The notes: generated by a model not told the origin, from the letters alone. A stretch of 57,558 nucleotides of DNA from a virus (IMGVR_UViG_3300035670_009774:1-57558); one strand, 5' to 3'; counted from the stretch's first letter, positions 21,279 through 32,352 are shown. Numbers and translations are program-made.

Positions 21279-22177
21279 AAAAAGTATTAATAATTGGTGG
21301 TAACGGATATATCGGTTCTAGATTATATAGTCACCTTGTAAATTTAGGATATAACGTTACTAATATAGATTTAGGATGGTTTGGTATTACCCATACAGAT
21401 GCAATTCAAAAAGACTATAGAGATTTAACAAAAGACGAATTAAGTGAATACACACATATTATTCTTTTAGCAGGTCATTCAAGTGTTTCTATGTGTGGAG
21501 GTGAATTAACATCTTGTTTTAACAATAATGTTTATAATTTTGTAAATTTATTAGATAAGATAGATGATAATCAAACTTTAATTTATTCAAGCACACTTGC
21601 TGTATATGGAAATAATCCTAAATTAGTAACAGAGGAAGATCCAATTAAAAAAGCATTAAACGTTTATGATTATACTAAAATAGCTAGAGAAAATATTGCT
21701 GATCTTTATCCTAATAAAAAATTAGTAGGATTAAGATTTGGTTCTGTATCTGGATTTTCATCTAATTTTAGAAATGAAAATCTATTAAATTCATTAACCA
21801 TGTCTTCAGTAAATAAACTTCCACTTACAATTTCTAATGGAGATGCTTATAGATCTGTTTTAGGTTTAAATGATTTATGTCGTGCTATAGATAAAATCAT
21901 AGAAGTAGATATTATTAAAAACAAAATCTACAATTTAACCTCAGTAAGTGATAAAATTATTAATTTTGGTTACGAAGTTAAACGTTTAACAGATTCTGAA
22001 TTAATAGTTAATGATTCTTTTAAAACAGATTACAGTTTTAATTGCTCGGCTGAGTTGTTTGAAAAAGATTATAATTTTAAGTTTGGAGATACTATAGAAT
22101 CTATATATAATGACATCATTATAAATTACGATAATATATTATTTAATACTAAACGAGAAAAAGTAACATATGAATAG
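21272..22177 (+). CDS. NAD-dependent epimerase/dehydratase (extended SDR)
   Basis: GGNGYIG, YSST, YDYTK, LRFGSV. Confidence 0.88.
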   Translation: MVKKVLIIGGNGYIGSRLYSHLVNLGYNVTNIDLGWFGITHTDAIQKDYRDLTKDELSEYTHIILLAGHSSVSMCGGELTSCFNNNVYNFVNLLDKIDDNQTLIYSSTLAVYGNNPKLVTEEDPIKKALNVYDYTKIARENIADLYPNKKLVGLRFGSVSGFSSNFRNENLLNSLTMSSVNKLPLTISNGDAYRSVLGLNDLCRAIDKIIEVDIIKNKIYNLTSVSDKIINFGYEVKRLTDSELIVNDSFKTDYSFNCSAELFEKDYNFKFGDTIESIYNDIIINYDNILFNTKREKVTYE

Positions 22178-23387
22178 AAATACATGTAGAAGTTGTGAAA
22201 GTACTAACTTAAAACCAGTAGTTTCATTAGGTTTATCACCATTAGCAAATAATTTATTAAATTCTAATACTGAAGAAGATAAATTGTATCCTTTAGAAAT
22301 GGTAATATGTTCTGATTGTCATAATTGTCAACTTTCATATTCTGTTCCTTCTGAGGAAATGTTTGATCATTATTTGTATGTTTCTTCAACAGCACAAAGT
22401 TTTAGAGATCATTTTCAAAAGGCATCATTACAATATATTAAAGAGTTTAATTTAAATGATAATTCATTAGTAATAGATATTGGTTCCAATGATGGTATTG
22501 CTTTAGTACCATTGAAAGAAAAAAATATTAAAGTACTAGGAGTAGAACCTGCAAAAAATATTAGTGCAATTGCCTTAGAAAAAGGAATCCCAACAATTAA
22601 CAATTATTTCACCTCAGAAATTGCGGATACAATTCTTCAAGATTATGGTTATGCAGATGTAGTAACAGCATCTAATGTATTTGCTCATGCAGATGGTTTA
22701 AAAGAAATAGCAAATTCCGCATTTAAAATTTTAAAAAACGAAGGAACTTTTATTGTTGAAGTTCAGTATTTGTTAGATACTATTAATGATTTAACATTCG
22801 ATAACATATATCATGAACACGTTAATTATTGGAGTGTAACGTCTATAGTTAATTTCTTTAATAATCTTGGATACAACGTTGTTAAAGTAGAACATATTGA
22901 TACACACGGTGGTTCAATTAGGGTATATGTTCAAAATCAAGGATATAAAATTGATTCTAGCGTAGGATTATTCCTTAATAAAGAAGATGATTTTGGTTTA
23001 ACAAATTATGATACTTATTTAGGTTTTGCTAAACGTGTAGAACAAATAAAAACTAATGTTTTAAAAAATATTAAAGCATTAAAATATCAAAATTTAACCC
23101 TTGTTGGATATGGATCCCCAGCGAAGGCAACAACTTCCTTAAATTATTTTGGTATTACTTCAAACGAAATATCTTATATTGTTGAAGATAATCCTTTAAA
23201 ACATAGTAAACTCCTCCCAGGAGTAAGAATTCCAATTTATTCTAAAGAAAAAATCTATGAAAACCTTCCAGATGTAATTATTGTTATGGCTTGGAATTTC
23301 TTTGAATATATTAAACAAAACAATCAAGATTTAATAGATAAAGGAGTTAAATTTATTAGTATTAAAGATCTTCAGAATGAAAATTAA
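22170..23387 (+). CDS. NDP-hexose C-methyltransferase
   Basis: Zn motif CRSC...CSDC, DIGSNDG, NVFAH, IYHEH, THGGS, GYGSPAK, AWNF. Confidence 0.9.
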   Translation: MNRNTCRSCESTNLKPVVSLGLSPLANNLLNSNTEEDKLYPLEMVICSDCHNCQLSYSVPSEEMFDHYLYVSSTAQSFRDHFQKASLQYIKEFNLNDNSLVIDIGSNDGIALVPLKEKNIKVLGVEPAKNISAIALEKGIPTINNYFTSEIADTILQDYGYADVVTASNVFAHADGLKEIANSAFKILKNEGTFIVEVQYLLDTINDLTFDNIYHEHVNYWSVTSIVNFFNNLGYNVVKVEHIDTHGGSIRVYVQNQGYKIDSSVGLFLNKEDDFGLTNYDTYLGFAKRVEQIKTNVLKNIKALKYQNLTLVGYGSPAKATTSLNYFGITSNEISYIVEDNPLKHSKLLPGVRIPIYSKEKIYENLPDVIIVMAWNFFEYIKQNNQDLIDKGVKFISIKDLQNEN

Positions 23388-24294
23388 GATTACATACCAT
23401 ATAATGCCTTGGGAGATTGATTTTGCATTAATATCTTTTTTACAATTAAAAAAATCCAAATATCATATTGATCCTACAGTTGATGTTAAAATCACCGCTG
23501 TATTAAACATGTCTGACTATTTAATTGATTGGGATAATACAAAATTGCCAAAAGAATTATTTAAACAAAAATTCAAAGATTTAGGAGTTTTATTAAAAGA
23601 TTATGAATATGATCCTGTTATAATTGAAGGCCCAGAACAATATGGAATCCTAGATATGCAGAAAAATAGCTATGAACCTGATGTTGATTATTATATTAAT
23701 ATAACTCAGGATATGTATTTTAGTGAAACTTTATTATCTAATTTAATTGAAGCTACTAAATTAATAAAAAATAAATATTTTGTTATTACCCCTGAAATAT
23801 ATAAAATGTGGGATAATACTTGGGATGAAATTGTAAATGAAAAATACCTAAGTGTTCCTTATAATGATTGGGATAAAGCAGATATTTTTGATATTAGACA
23901 TGATTTAAAAACCTCAGATGATGAATTGTATTTGTATCCTACAAAACGAAGTAAATGGGCTTGGTGGTTAGATTTATATAGTAAAGCATTTTATGAAGAA
24001 TTTGCTCCTGTTCAAGATGATATGAAAGGATACGGTGCTTGGGATTTTTATACATTACTGTTAACAGAACAAGCTAAATCTAGAGGAGCAGATTTTCAAC
24101 AATATGTTTTAAAAGGTCAAACAATATTTGAATATCCTATAGGTTCTTTAAAAGAAAGAGGGTTTACTGGGTATTATAAGGATTATTTTAGTATTAAGGT
24201 TAATGCTTTAGATCAAAGAAAAGTATTTGAAAGTAAAATGGCTCAATACTTACAACATGGAATTAAAGAATTAGAATTAAAAAATATAATATAA
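23377..24294 (+). CDS. Hypothetical protein, probable glycosyltransferase
   Basis: GT-A-like pattern (ITQD, GYGAWD) inside the glycan island. Confidence 0.55.
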   Translation: MKIKITYHIMPWEIDFALISFLQLKKSKYHIDPTVDVKITAVLNMSDYLIDWDNTKLPKELFKQKFKDLGVLLKDYEYDPVIIEGPEQYGILDMQKNSYEPDVDYYINITQDMYFSETLLSNLIEATKLIKNKYFVITPEIYKMWDNTWDEIVNEKYLSVPYNDWDKADIFDIRHDLKTSDDELYLYPTKRSKWAWWLDLYSKAFYEEFAPVQDDMKGYGAWDFYTLLLTEQAKSRGADFQQYVLKGQTIFEYPIGSLKERGFTGYYKDYFSIKVNALDQRKVFESKMAQYLQHGIKELELKNII

Positions 24295-25178
24295 TGGATA
24301 TAATTGCTAACTTTAGAGATCCTAATACTGATCCTTATTTATTATTTATTAAAGAAAAATATAAAGATAAACCTTTTACTTTTTGGTATGATAAATTACC
24401 TAATAATTTTCATGAATTACAATTAAATCCTTATAATTTTTTATTTCTTCATGAACCCGATGAATTTTTTAGTTTTCACACTAATACTTTAAATTTAAAT
24501 AATTATTTTACAGCTATATTAACTTGGAACGAATCCCTATTAAATCAGATGGATAATGCTGTTAATTTTACTTATAATGGGCAAACTTTAGATTTTGATT
24601 ATATTAATAATATTAAACCTAAAGAATTTAATATTTCTTTTTTGTGTGGAACTAAAAGTTTAGTTGAAGGACATGTTTTGAGACAAAATGTTTATAAATT
24701 AAAAGATAAAATTACTATTCCTAATAAATGGTATTATGTTTTAGAAGATTATGATCCACAAACAAACTCACGCCCAGGTTATGCAGAATATTCAAAAGAT
24801 TTATCCCATATACCTCAAGGAGTAGATCCTGTTGGTTTTGGTAGAAGAGTTTTATTTGATAATTCTATGTTTAATGTGGTCATAGAAAATGTAAATTATA
24901 ACAACTGGTACAATAAAATAGGAGATGCATTTTTATCTAAAACTATTCCAATTTATTGGGGATGCTCAAATATAAGTGAGTTTGGTTATGATGAAAAAGG
25001 TATTGTTAGATTTAAAACAACTGAAGAACTGTTAGATATAATTAATAATTTAACTCCTGAAGTATACAATCAAATGCTTCCTTACATAGAGTATAATTAT
25101 GAATTAGCTAAACAGGATACTTTTGAAAACAATATAAGTCAATTTTTTGATAGTTTTATAGAATTAAACAATTTATGA
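24294..25178 (+). CDS. GT10 (fucosyltransferase)-like glycosyltransferase
   Basis: FNVVIEN...KIGDAF...TIPIYWGCSNI. Confidence 0.75.
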   Translation: MDIIANFRDPNTDPYLLFIKEKYKDKPFTFWYDKLPNNFHELQLNPYNFLFLHEPDEFFSFHTNTLNLNNYFTAILTWNESLLNQMDNAVNFTYNGQTLDFDYINNIKPKEFNISFLCGTKSLVEGHVLRQNVYKLKDKITIPNKWYYVLEDYDPQTNSRPGYAEYSKDLSHIPQGVDPVGFGRRVLFDNSMFNVVIENVNYNNWYNKIGDAFLSKTIPIYWGCSNISEFGYDEKGIVRFKTTEELLDIINNLTPEVYNQMLPYIEYNYELAKQDTFENNISQFFDSFIELNNL

Positions 25179-25666
25179 AAATCACAACCCACCCAGACGT
25201 AAAAATTTACACACATGATGTTTATTATGATTTTAGAGGAGAATTATGGACCGTATGGAAACAAGATGAATTTAATCCTCAATTAAATTTTAATCATGAT
25301 AAAGTATCTACTTCTAGAAAACATGTTTTAAGAGGTATTCATGGTGATAGTAAATCTTGGAAATTAATTGAATGTCTATATGGTGAACTTTATTTTGTAG
25401 TAGTTGATAATAGACCTGAATCACCTAATTATAAAAACTGGACTAGTATGATGCTCTCAGATAAAACTAGACAATCAGTTTTATTACCTCCTGGATTTGG
25501 AAACGGATTTTGTGTAATGAGTGATCATTCTATATTTCATTACAAATGGTCTTATCCAGGTGAATATCCTGATGTTAAAGATCAATTTACACTTAAATGG
25601 AACGACCCTGAATTAGGAATTGAATGGCCTATTAACAACCCTATTTTACAGGGACGTGATAAATAA
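25175..25666 (+). CDS. rmlC: NDP-4-keto-6-deoxyhexose 3,5-epimerase (RmlC-like cupin)
   Basis: DFRG, VLRGIHG, PPGFGNGF, WNDPELGIEWP. Confidence 0.88.
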   Translation: MKITTHPDVKIYTHDVYYDFRGELWTVWKQDEFNPQLNFNHDKVSTSRKHVLRGIHGDSKSWKLIECLYGELYFVVVDNRPESPNYKNWTSMMLSDKTRQSVLLPPGFGNGFCVMSDHSIFHYKWSYPGEYPDVKDQFTLKWNDPELGIEWPINNPILQGRDK

Positions 25667-25702
25667 CTTGGAAACCCAAATAATTTTAATTAAATTAGTA
25701 AT

Positions 25703-26329
25703 ATGAATATACCGAAACATTACACCAAAGTTCGAGATGTAAACATTACACCTGAAGAACTTATAGCCTTTGAAGATAGAGTAAAAGATGCTTATGAAGC
25801 TGGACAAATTAAAGGACCTGTCCATTTATCTAAAAATAACGAAGAACAACTAATTAATCTCTTCCAATACATTCACCCAGATGATTGGGTTTTTTCAGCT
25901 TGGAGAAATCACTATCATGCTTTACTACATGGAGTTGATTCTGAAAAATTGTTTGAATGGATTAGTGAAGGTAGAAGTATGGGAACAAATAATTTAAAAC
26001 CTAATTTCTATGCTTCATCTATTGTAGGAGGTATTGTCCCTTTATCTTTAGGTGCTGCTATGGGTTTAAAACGTTCTAATTCTCCTCGTCGTGTTTGGTG
26101 CTTTATTGGAGATATGACAATGGAAACAGGAGTATTCCATGAAGCATATAAATACTCCCAAAACTTTAATCTTCCACTTCAGTTTGTAGTTGAAGATAAT
26201 AATTTAAGTGTTCATACACCAACAGATGTAGCCTGGGGTAAACGAATGGATGCTCCAGAAAATGTAATTTACTATCAATATAAAATGTCTTATCCACACC
26301 ATGGAACAGGCAAATGGGTTAACTTTTAA
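25703..26329 (+). CDS. TPP-dependent E1 alpha-like subunit (short)
   Basis: GPVHLS, WRNHYH, SIVGG, TPP motif GD...EDNN. Confidence 0.88.
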   Translation: MNIPKHYTKVRDVNITPEELIAFEDRVKDAYEAGQIKGPVHLSKNNEEQLINLFQYIHPDDWVFSAWRNHYHALLHGVDSEKLFEWISEGRSMGTNNLKPNFYASSIVGGIVPLSLGAAMGLKRSNSPRRVWCFIGDMTMETGVFHEAYKYSQNFNLPLQFVVEDNNLSVHTPTDVAWGKRMDAPENVIYYQYKMSYPHHGTGKWVNF

Positions 26330-26333
26330 TAAT

Positions 26334-26864
26334 ATGAAATATAAAGACGAATTAATTAGAGCAATGGAATATCTGGCAACCAAACCAGATACCGTATTTA
26401 TGGGACAAGCTATTGGAATGAGTGGTCATGCCATTTCAAATACAGTAGCTACAGTTTCCCAAGATAAACGAGTTGAACTTCCTGTATTTGAAGAAACACA
26501 AATGGGAATAGCTACAGGAATGGCTATGACTGGTTGGGTACCTGTTACAGCATATCCTCGTTTTGACTTCTTTATTTTATCACTTAATCAATTAGTTAAC
26601 CATCTTGATAAAATGAAAGATATGTCTAAAGGTGAAATGAATCCTAAAGTTATTATTCGTGTAGCTGTAGGTTCTAAAGTACCTTTTAGTGCTGGTCCTC
26701 AACATACTCAAAACCATACCGAAGCAATGCGTAAAATGCTTACCGAAGTAGAAGTAATTGAATTAATAGAACCAGAAGAAATTTTCCCAGCATTTGAAAA
26801 AGCTTATAATAGTGACAAATCATTTTTAATTATTGAACATAGCGAATTTTATGGCAGCAAATAA
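26334..26864 (+). CDS. TPP-dependent E1 beta-like subunit (pyrimidine-binding domain only)
   Basis: ELPVFEETQMGIATGMA, NQLVNH, GPQHTQ; start moved to 26334. Confidence 0.85.
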   Translation: MKYKDELIRAMEYLATKPDTVFMGQAIGMSGHAISNTVATVSQDKRVELPVFEETQMGIATGMAMTGWVPVTAYPRFDFFILSLNQLVNHLDKMKDMSKGEMNPKVIIRVAVGSKVPFSAGPQHTQNHTEAMRKMLTEVEVIELIEPEEIFPAFEKAYNSDKSFLIIEHSEFYGSK

Positions 26865-28023
26865 TTATACTTGGCCTCTCATTAATGATAACATTACTAA
26901 AAGTGATAGAGAAATTTTAGCGGATTTTTGTATAAATGGTGAACGTTTTACAAATGGTCCTAAAGTAAAAGAATTTGAAAAAATTTGGTCAGAATGGCTA
27001 GGAGTTAAACATTCCGTAATGGTTAATTCAGGAGCATCTGCTAATTTTATTTCCATAGCAATGGTTAAAGAGTTAGTTGGTATTGGAGAAGTAATCGTTC
27101 CCCCAATTGGTTGGGTTTCAGATATATCTTCAGTAGCTCAGTTAGGTATGACTCCTGTATTTGTGGATGTTTCAATAAATGATTTTAATATCACTTTTGA
27201 AAATATAAAAAATGCTGTTACCCCAAACACAAAAGCTATTGTATTAGTTCATACATTAGGTTTTAATGGTATTAGTGATGAATTAATCCAATTTGCTAAA
27301 GAACGTAATATTATCTTAATTGAAGATTGTTGTGAAGCTCATGGAGCTACTTATAAAGATAAAAAAGTCGGTTCATTTGGTGATATTTCATTATTTTCAT
27401 TTTATTTTGGACATCATATTACTACTATTGAGGGTGGTACGGTTTGTGTAAATGATGATAAATTATATGATTTAGCTAAGTTGTTCCGTTCGCATGGCAT
27501 GACTAGAGAGGCATCACAAGAATTACAACGTGATTATCAATTAATGTGTCCGGATTTGAATCCATTGTTTACATTCGCTGTAGCTGGGTTTAATATGCGA
27601 AGTAGCGAATTAAATGCGGTACTAGGTATTGAGCAAATGAAACGCATTGATAACAATGTAAAACGTAGAACCGAAAATTTACATATTTGGTTAAATAACC
27701 TAGATTCTACCAAATTTATTACAGGTTTTAAAACATCCGGAAGTAGTAATTTTGCTTTACCTCTTGTAATGCAAGGAAATACTCGTGATAAACTTAAAGA
27801 TGTTTGTTCTATCTTAGAAAATGAAGGTGTAGAATATCGTTTAGGTACAGCTGGTGGTGGTAACCAAGCTCGTCAACCTTATTTGAAAAAATTTAACTAT
27901 AGAATAAATGGAACATTAGCTCAAGCTGATTATATTCATGATAATGCTCTTTATATTGGTAATCATACTGATTTAAATGAAGAACAAATTGTTAATCTTT
28001 GTAAAAAAATAAATAATGTTTAA
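26851..28023 (+). CDS. PLP-dependent NDP-4-keto-6-deoxyhexose 3-dehydratase (ColD-like, DegT family)
   Basis: VNSGASAN, EDCCEAHG, SFYFGHHITTIEGG with His in place of the Schiff-base Lys. Confidence 0.85.
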   Translation: MAANNYTWPLINDNITKSDREILADFCINGERFTNGPKVKEFEKIWSEWLGVKHSVMVNSGASANFISIAMVKELVGIGEVIVPPIGWVSDISSVAQLGMTPVFVDVSINDFNITFENIKNAVTPNTKAIVLVHTLGFNGISDELIQFAKERNIILIEDCCEAHGATYKDKKVGSFGDISLFSFYFGHHITTIEGGTVCVNDDKLYDLAKLFRSHGMTREASQELQRDYQLMCPDLNPLFTFAVAGFNMRSSELNAVLGIEQMKRIDNNVKRRTENLHIWLNNLDSTKFITGFKTSGSSNFALPLVMQGNTRDKLKDVCSILENEGVEYRLGTAGGGNQARQPYLKKFNYRINGTLAQADYIHDNALYIGNHTDLNEEQIVNLCKKINNV

Positions 28024-28987
28024 AAATCAAAAAGTTTTAGTTACTGGTGGTGGTGGAATGATAGGACGTTCATTAGTAAAATTCCTATTAGAAAAAGGAG
28101 CACTAGTTACAATAGCCGATTTAACAGTCCCTACAGATCTTCCTAAAGGTGTTGAATTTATTAAAGTAGATTTACGTTACTTTGATCAATGTGAAAATAT
28201 CTGTAATGGAATGGATTATGTATTTAATCTTGTTGGCGTTAAAGGATCTCCTAAAATGTGCGCTGAACAACCTGCTGACTTTATGGTTCCTATGCTCCAA
28301 TTTAATACTAATATGATGGAAGCAGCACGTCGAGCTAATGTAAAATGGTATCTTTATACGAGTTCAGTAGGTGTTTATGCTCCTGCTGAAGTGTTTGTAG
28401 AAGATAGTGTATGGTCAACAGTTCCATCACCAAATGATCGTTTTGCTGGTTGGGCTAAGCGTATGGGAGAATTACAGGCCGAAGCATATTCAATTCAATA
28501 TGGTTGGGATAAAGTATCAATTGTAAGACCAGCTAATGTATATGGTGATTATGATAATTTTAATCCTGCTAACGCAATGGTAGTACCTTCACTTATTCGT
28601 AAAGCACAAGAAAATGATGTACTTGAAGTTTGGGGTGATGGTTCTACAATTCGTGATTTTATTCATGCTGATGATGTTGCTTTAGGTATGTTATTTACTG
28701 TTGAAAATTCAATCACCCAACCAATCAATTTAGGTTCAGGTAAAGGATATTCAATTAAAGAAGTAGTAGATATGGTTGTTAAACACTCAGGTAAAAATCT
28801 TGAAGTAAAATGGTTAACAGATAAACCAGGTGGGGATGCTATTCGTTTATTTGATATGACACGAGCCAAATCTTACGGATTTGATATTTCAGTTTCTTTA
28901 GATGAAGGAATTAAAAATACTACAGAATGGTTCTTAAATAATAAAGAAATTTTAGATAAACGTTATAACGCTTTTGTACATCATTAA
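28016..28987 (+). CDS. GDP-sugar epimerase/reductase (Fcl/GME-like SDR)
   Basis: TGGGGMIG, RPANVYG, VWGDGS..RDFIHADD. Confidence 0.85.
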   Translation: MFKNQKVLVTGGGGMIGRSLVKFLLEKGALVTIADLTVPTDLPKGVEFIKVDLRYFDQCENICNGMDYVFNLVGVKGSPKMCAEQPADFMVPMLQFNTNMMEAARRANVKWYLYTSSVGVYAPAEVFVEDSVWSTVPSPNDRFAGWAKRMGELQAEAYSIQYGWDKVSIVRPANVYGDYDNFNPANAMVVPSLIRKAQENDVLEVWGDGSTIRDFIHADDVALGMLFTVENSITQPINLGSGKGYSIKEVVDMVVKHSGKNLEVKWLTDKPGGDAIRLFDMTRAKSYGFDISVSLDEGIKNTTEWFLNNKEILDKRYNAFVHH

Positions 28988-29673
28988 TGGCACGATTTTT
29001 AGTAACTGGAGTTAATAGTGGGTTGGGTAAATATTTGTATGAAAATTTACCTAACTCATTAGGATTAAATAGAGACAATTTTAATCTTATTAAAAACGAA
29101 GAGTATGATACTATAATCCATTGTGCTTTTAATAAAGAAAATATTATTACTGACTATGAAAAGTATTTAGATGATAATATTTTTCTTACTCAACGTCTTA
29201 AAAAATTAAATTATAAAAATTTTGTATACATTTCAACAGTAGATGTTTATCAAGAAAATCCTTCAATGTATTCTCATTTTAAAAGATTTTCGGAAACATT
29301 ATTAGATGAAAATGATTTAATTTTAAGATGTCCTATGATGTTGGGAAATACTATGAAACCTAATCATGCTACAAAATTAATATCTAATATTGATTCGTTA
29401 GGATTATCAAAAGACTCTACATTTAATTATATTTTAATGGATGATTTAATTGAGTTTTTTAGTAGTAAAGATTATAAACAACATAACGGAATTATCGACT
29501 TTGTATCTAATGGTTTGGTAAGATTAGAAGAAGTAAAAAAATATTTTAACTCAACTACAAAATTGGGTGAATATACTTACCAAAATAATGTGGAATATCC
29601 AAACCCTATATTTAAATTAGATGAAAAGTATAATAAGTCATCATTTGACAAACTAAAACAATATTTTAAATGA
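28987..29673 (+). CDS. Short NAD(P)-dependent SDR
   Basis: TGVNSGLG, HCA, YISTVDVY, YSHFK. Confidence 0.75.
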   Translation: MARFLVTGVNSGLGKYLYENLPNSLGLNRDNFNLIKNEEYDTIIHCAFNKENIITDYEKYLDDNIFLTQRLKKLNYKNFVYISTVDVYQENPSMYSHFKRFSETLLDENDLILRCPMMLGNTMKPNHATKLISNIDSLGLSKDSTFNYILMDDLIEFFSSKDYKQHNGIIDFVSNGLVRLEEVKKYFNSTTKLGEYTYQNNVEYPNPIFKLDEKYNKSSFDKLKQYFK

Positions 29674-30617
29674 AACGTATATTAATTTGTGGAGCAACCG
29701 GTTTTATTGGTAGGAACTTGTTGGATTTTTATCACCAAAAAGGTAATTATAATATTAGAGCAGTTCATTTCAATCGCCCTGCAATCGAAGGATATTATGG
29801 AGTTGAATGGATTAAAGCTGATTTGCGTAATCCTGAAACAGTAAAACAGGTGTTACAAGATGTAGATATTGTTTTACAATTTGCAGCAACAACCTCAGGA
29901 GCTAAGGATATTATGACTCGTCCTTATATTCATGTTACAGATAATGCTGTGATGAATAGTTTATTGTTACGTGAATGTTATGAACAAAGTATCGAACATT
30001 TTGTATTCCCTAGTTGTACAGTAATGTATCAACCCTCTTCATGTGCTTTAGCAGAATGTGATTTTAATGGAGATGAAGAATTATTCCCAACATATTTTGG
30101 TGTAGGTAATACTAAAGTTTACATTGAAAAGATGTGTGAATTTTTTTCACGTTTAGGAAAAACCAAACATACTGTAATGAGACATTCAAATATGTATGGA
30201 CCTTATGATAAGTATGATTTAGAACGTTCTCATATGTTTGGAGCTACTATTACAAAAGTAATGACATCTGAAGATGGTAAAGTTAATGTTTGGGGAACTG
30301 GTGAAGAATCTAGAGATTTACTTTATGTAGAAGATTTAGTCAATTTTGTTGATGCTGCTATTGAAAAACAAACCACTCCTTATGAATTATTTAATGTTGG
30401 TGTCGGTAAAGCTATTAGTGTTAAAGATGTAGTCAATAAAATTATTACCCACTCAGGACGTGATTTAGAAGTAGTTCATGACTTATCTAAACCAACAATC
30501 CCTACTTCATTATTTCTAGATTGTACTAAAGCTAAAGAAATGTTAGCTTGGGAAGCTAAAACAGATTTAGATACGGGAATTATTAAAACATTAAATTGGT
30601 ATAAAGAAAACATATGA
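29670..30617 (+). CDS. GDP-fucose synthase/ColC-like reductase (extended SDR)
   Basis: GATGFIG, RHSNMYGPYD, VWGTGEESRDLLYVED. Confidence 0.85.
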   Translation: MKRILICGATGFIGRNLLDFYHQKGNYNIRAVHFNRPAIEGYYGVEWIKADLRNPETVKQVLQDVDIVLQFAATTSGAKDIMTRPYIHVTDNAVMNSLLLRECYEQSIEHFVFPSCTVMYQPSSCALAECDFNGDEELFPTYFGVGNTKVYIEKMCEFFSRLGKTKHTVMRHSNMYGPYDKYDLERSHMFGATITKVMTSEDGKVNVWGTGEESRDLLYVEDLVNFVDAAIEKQTTPYELFNVGVGKAISVKDVVNKIITHSGRDLEVVHDLSKPTIPTSLFLDCTKAKEMLAWEAKTDLDTGIIKTLNWYKENI

Positions 30618-31624
30618 TTAACGCTTTTATTACAGGTATTACAGGAATGGTCGGTTCACATTTAACCGACTTTCTTTTAGAAAACACAGATTGGAAAATT
30701 TATGGTTTAGCTAGATGGAATGATTCCCTAGAAAATATAGAACACTTATCAGAAGAAATTAATAAAAAAGAACGTATTGAACTTATTTATGGGGATTTAA
30801 ATGACTTAGCTTCTCTTATTACAGCTGTTAATAAATCAAAACCAGACTATATATTTCATTTAGCGGCTCAATCTTATCCACAAACAAGTTTTGATGCGCC
30901 TATAGAAACGCTTCAAACTAATATATTGGGAACGGCTAATTTATTAGAGGCATTGCGTAAATCCAATTATAGAAACGCTATAACGCATGTGTGTGCATCA
31001 AGTGAAGTATTTGGTCGTGTTCCTAAAGAAAAACTTCCTATTAATGAAGAATGTTCTTTCCACCCAGCGTCACCTTATGCTATTTCTAAAGTAGGTACTG
31101 ATTTGGTAGGTCGTTATTATGCTGAAGCTTATGGAATGACTATTATGACTACTCGTATGTTTACACATACTGGTCCTAGAAGAGGTGATGTGTTTTCGGA
31201 ATCAACATTTGCTAAACAGATAGCTATGATTGAAGCAGGTTTACAAGAACCTAAAATTTATGTAGGTAATTTAGATTCACTTAGAACTTATGCTGATGTA
31301 AGAGATGCTGTAAAAGCATATTATATGTTAGTTACTAATAATCCAACATCCGGTGAATATTATAATATTGGTGGTACTTATACTTGTAAAATTGAAGAGA
31401 TGCTTAATTATCTAATTAATCAATCAACAGTCAAAAACATTGAAATCATAACAGACCCAGAACGTCTAAGACCTATCGATGCTGATTTACAAATCCCCGA
31501 TACTACTAAATTTCAAAACCATACTGGTTGGAAACCAGAATATACCTTTGAACAAACTATGAATGATCTCTTGCAATATTGGAGAGACAGAGTTAATTCA
31601 GGACGTAAATTTTTAAGACGATGA
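30614..31624 (+). CDS. gmd: GDP-mannose 4,6-dehydratase
   Basis: ITGITGMVGSHL, HLAAQS, SSEVFG, PASPYAISK, GNLDSLR. Confidence 0.88.
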   Translation: MINAFITGITGMVGSHLTDFLLENTDWKIYGLARWNDSLENIEHLSEEINKKERIELIYGDLNDLASLITAVNKSKPDYIFHLAAQSYPQTSFDAPIETLQTNILGTANLLEALRKSNYRNAITHVCASSEVFGRVPKEKLPINEECSFHPASPYAISKVGTDLVGRYYAEAYGMTIMTTRMFTHTGPRRGDVFSESTFAKQIAMIEAGLQEPKIYVGNLDSLRTYADVRDAVKAYYMLVTNNPTSGEYYNIGGTYTCKIEEMLNYLINQSTVKNIEIITDPERLRPIDADLQIPDTTKFQNHTGWKPEYTFEQTMNDLLQYWRDRVNSGRKFLRR

Positions 31625-32352
31625 AAATATTAGTTATAGGAGATAGTTGTGTAGATATCTTTAGATATGGTAAAGTAGAAAGAATAGCCCCTGAAGCTCC
31701 AGTCCCTATTATAGTACCTGAAAGAGAAACCTCCAATCCAGGAATGGCAGGAAATGTAGTAGCTAATTTAAAAGCATTAGGAGCTGAAGTAGATTTTATT
31801 ACTAATAAAACTGAAATTCGTAAAATAAGATATGTTTGTTCTAAATACAATCATTTACTTTTACGAGTAGATGAAAATGATACTTGTGAAAAAATAGATA
31901 TAGTTCCCTTTAAAACAGAAATTTATAATGCTGTTATCATTTCAGATTACTGTAAAGGATTTTTAACTGAAGAAGATATAGAAAACATTTCCAAAAGTTT
32001 TGATTGTCCTATATTTTTGGATACTAAAAAAATATTAGGTAATTGGGCTCATAATATTGATTTTATTAAAATTAACTATCATGAGTATGAAAGGAATAAA
32101 GAAATATTAAAAAATGATCTTATTCTTAACAATAAAACAATTGTAACTAGAGGTAAATATGGTTGTGATTACCAAACTAAAAATTACCCTACAGTTGATG
32201 TCCCTGTAAAAGACGTTTCAGGAGCAGGTGATACCTTCCTTTCAGGTTTAGTAATAGAATATGCTCGTTCTAAAGATATAGATAAAGCAATTCAATTTGC
32301 TCAAGAATGTACAACAATAGTAATTCAAAAATCAGGAGTATCAACAATATGA
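31621..32352 (+). CDS. RfaE/HldA-type PfkB sugar kinase
   Basis: IGD, RIAPEAPVP, GMAGNV, ISDYCKG, DVSGAGDTF. Confidence 0.88.
   Translation: MKILVIGDSCVDIFRYGKVERIAPEAPVPIIVPERETSNPGMAGNVVANLKALGAEVDFITNKTEIRKIRYVCSKYNHLLLRVDENDTCEKIDIVPFKTEIYNAVIISDYCKGFLTEEDIENISKSFDCPIFLDTKKILGNWAHNIDFIKINYHEYERNKEILKNDLILNNKTIVTRGKYGCDYQTKNYPTVDVPVKDVSGAGDTFLSGLVIEYARSKDIDKAIQFAQECTTIVIQKSGVSTI

Noticed and set aside
25703-26864. Pyruvate dehydrogenase as a central-metabolism auxiliary gene
   Set aside because: Subunits are truncated, E2/E3 are absent, and the context is nucleotide-sugar synthesis
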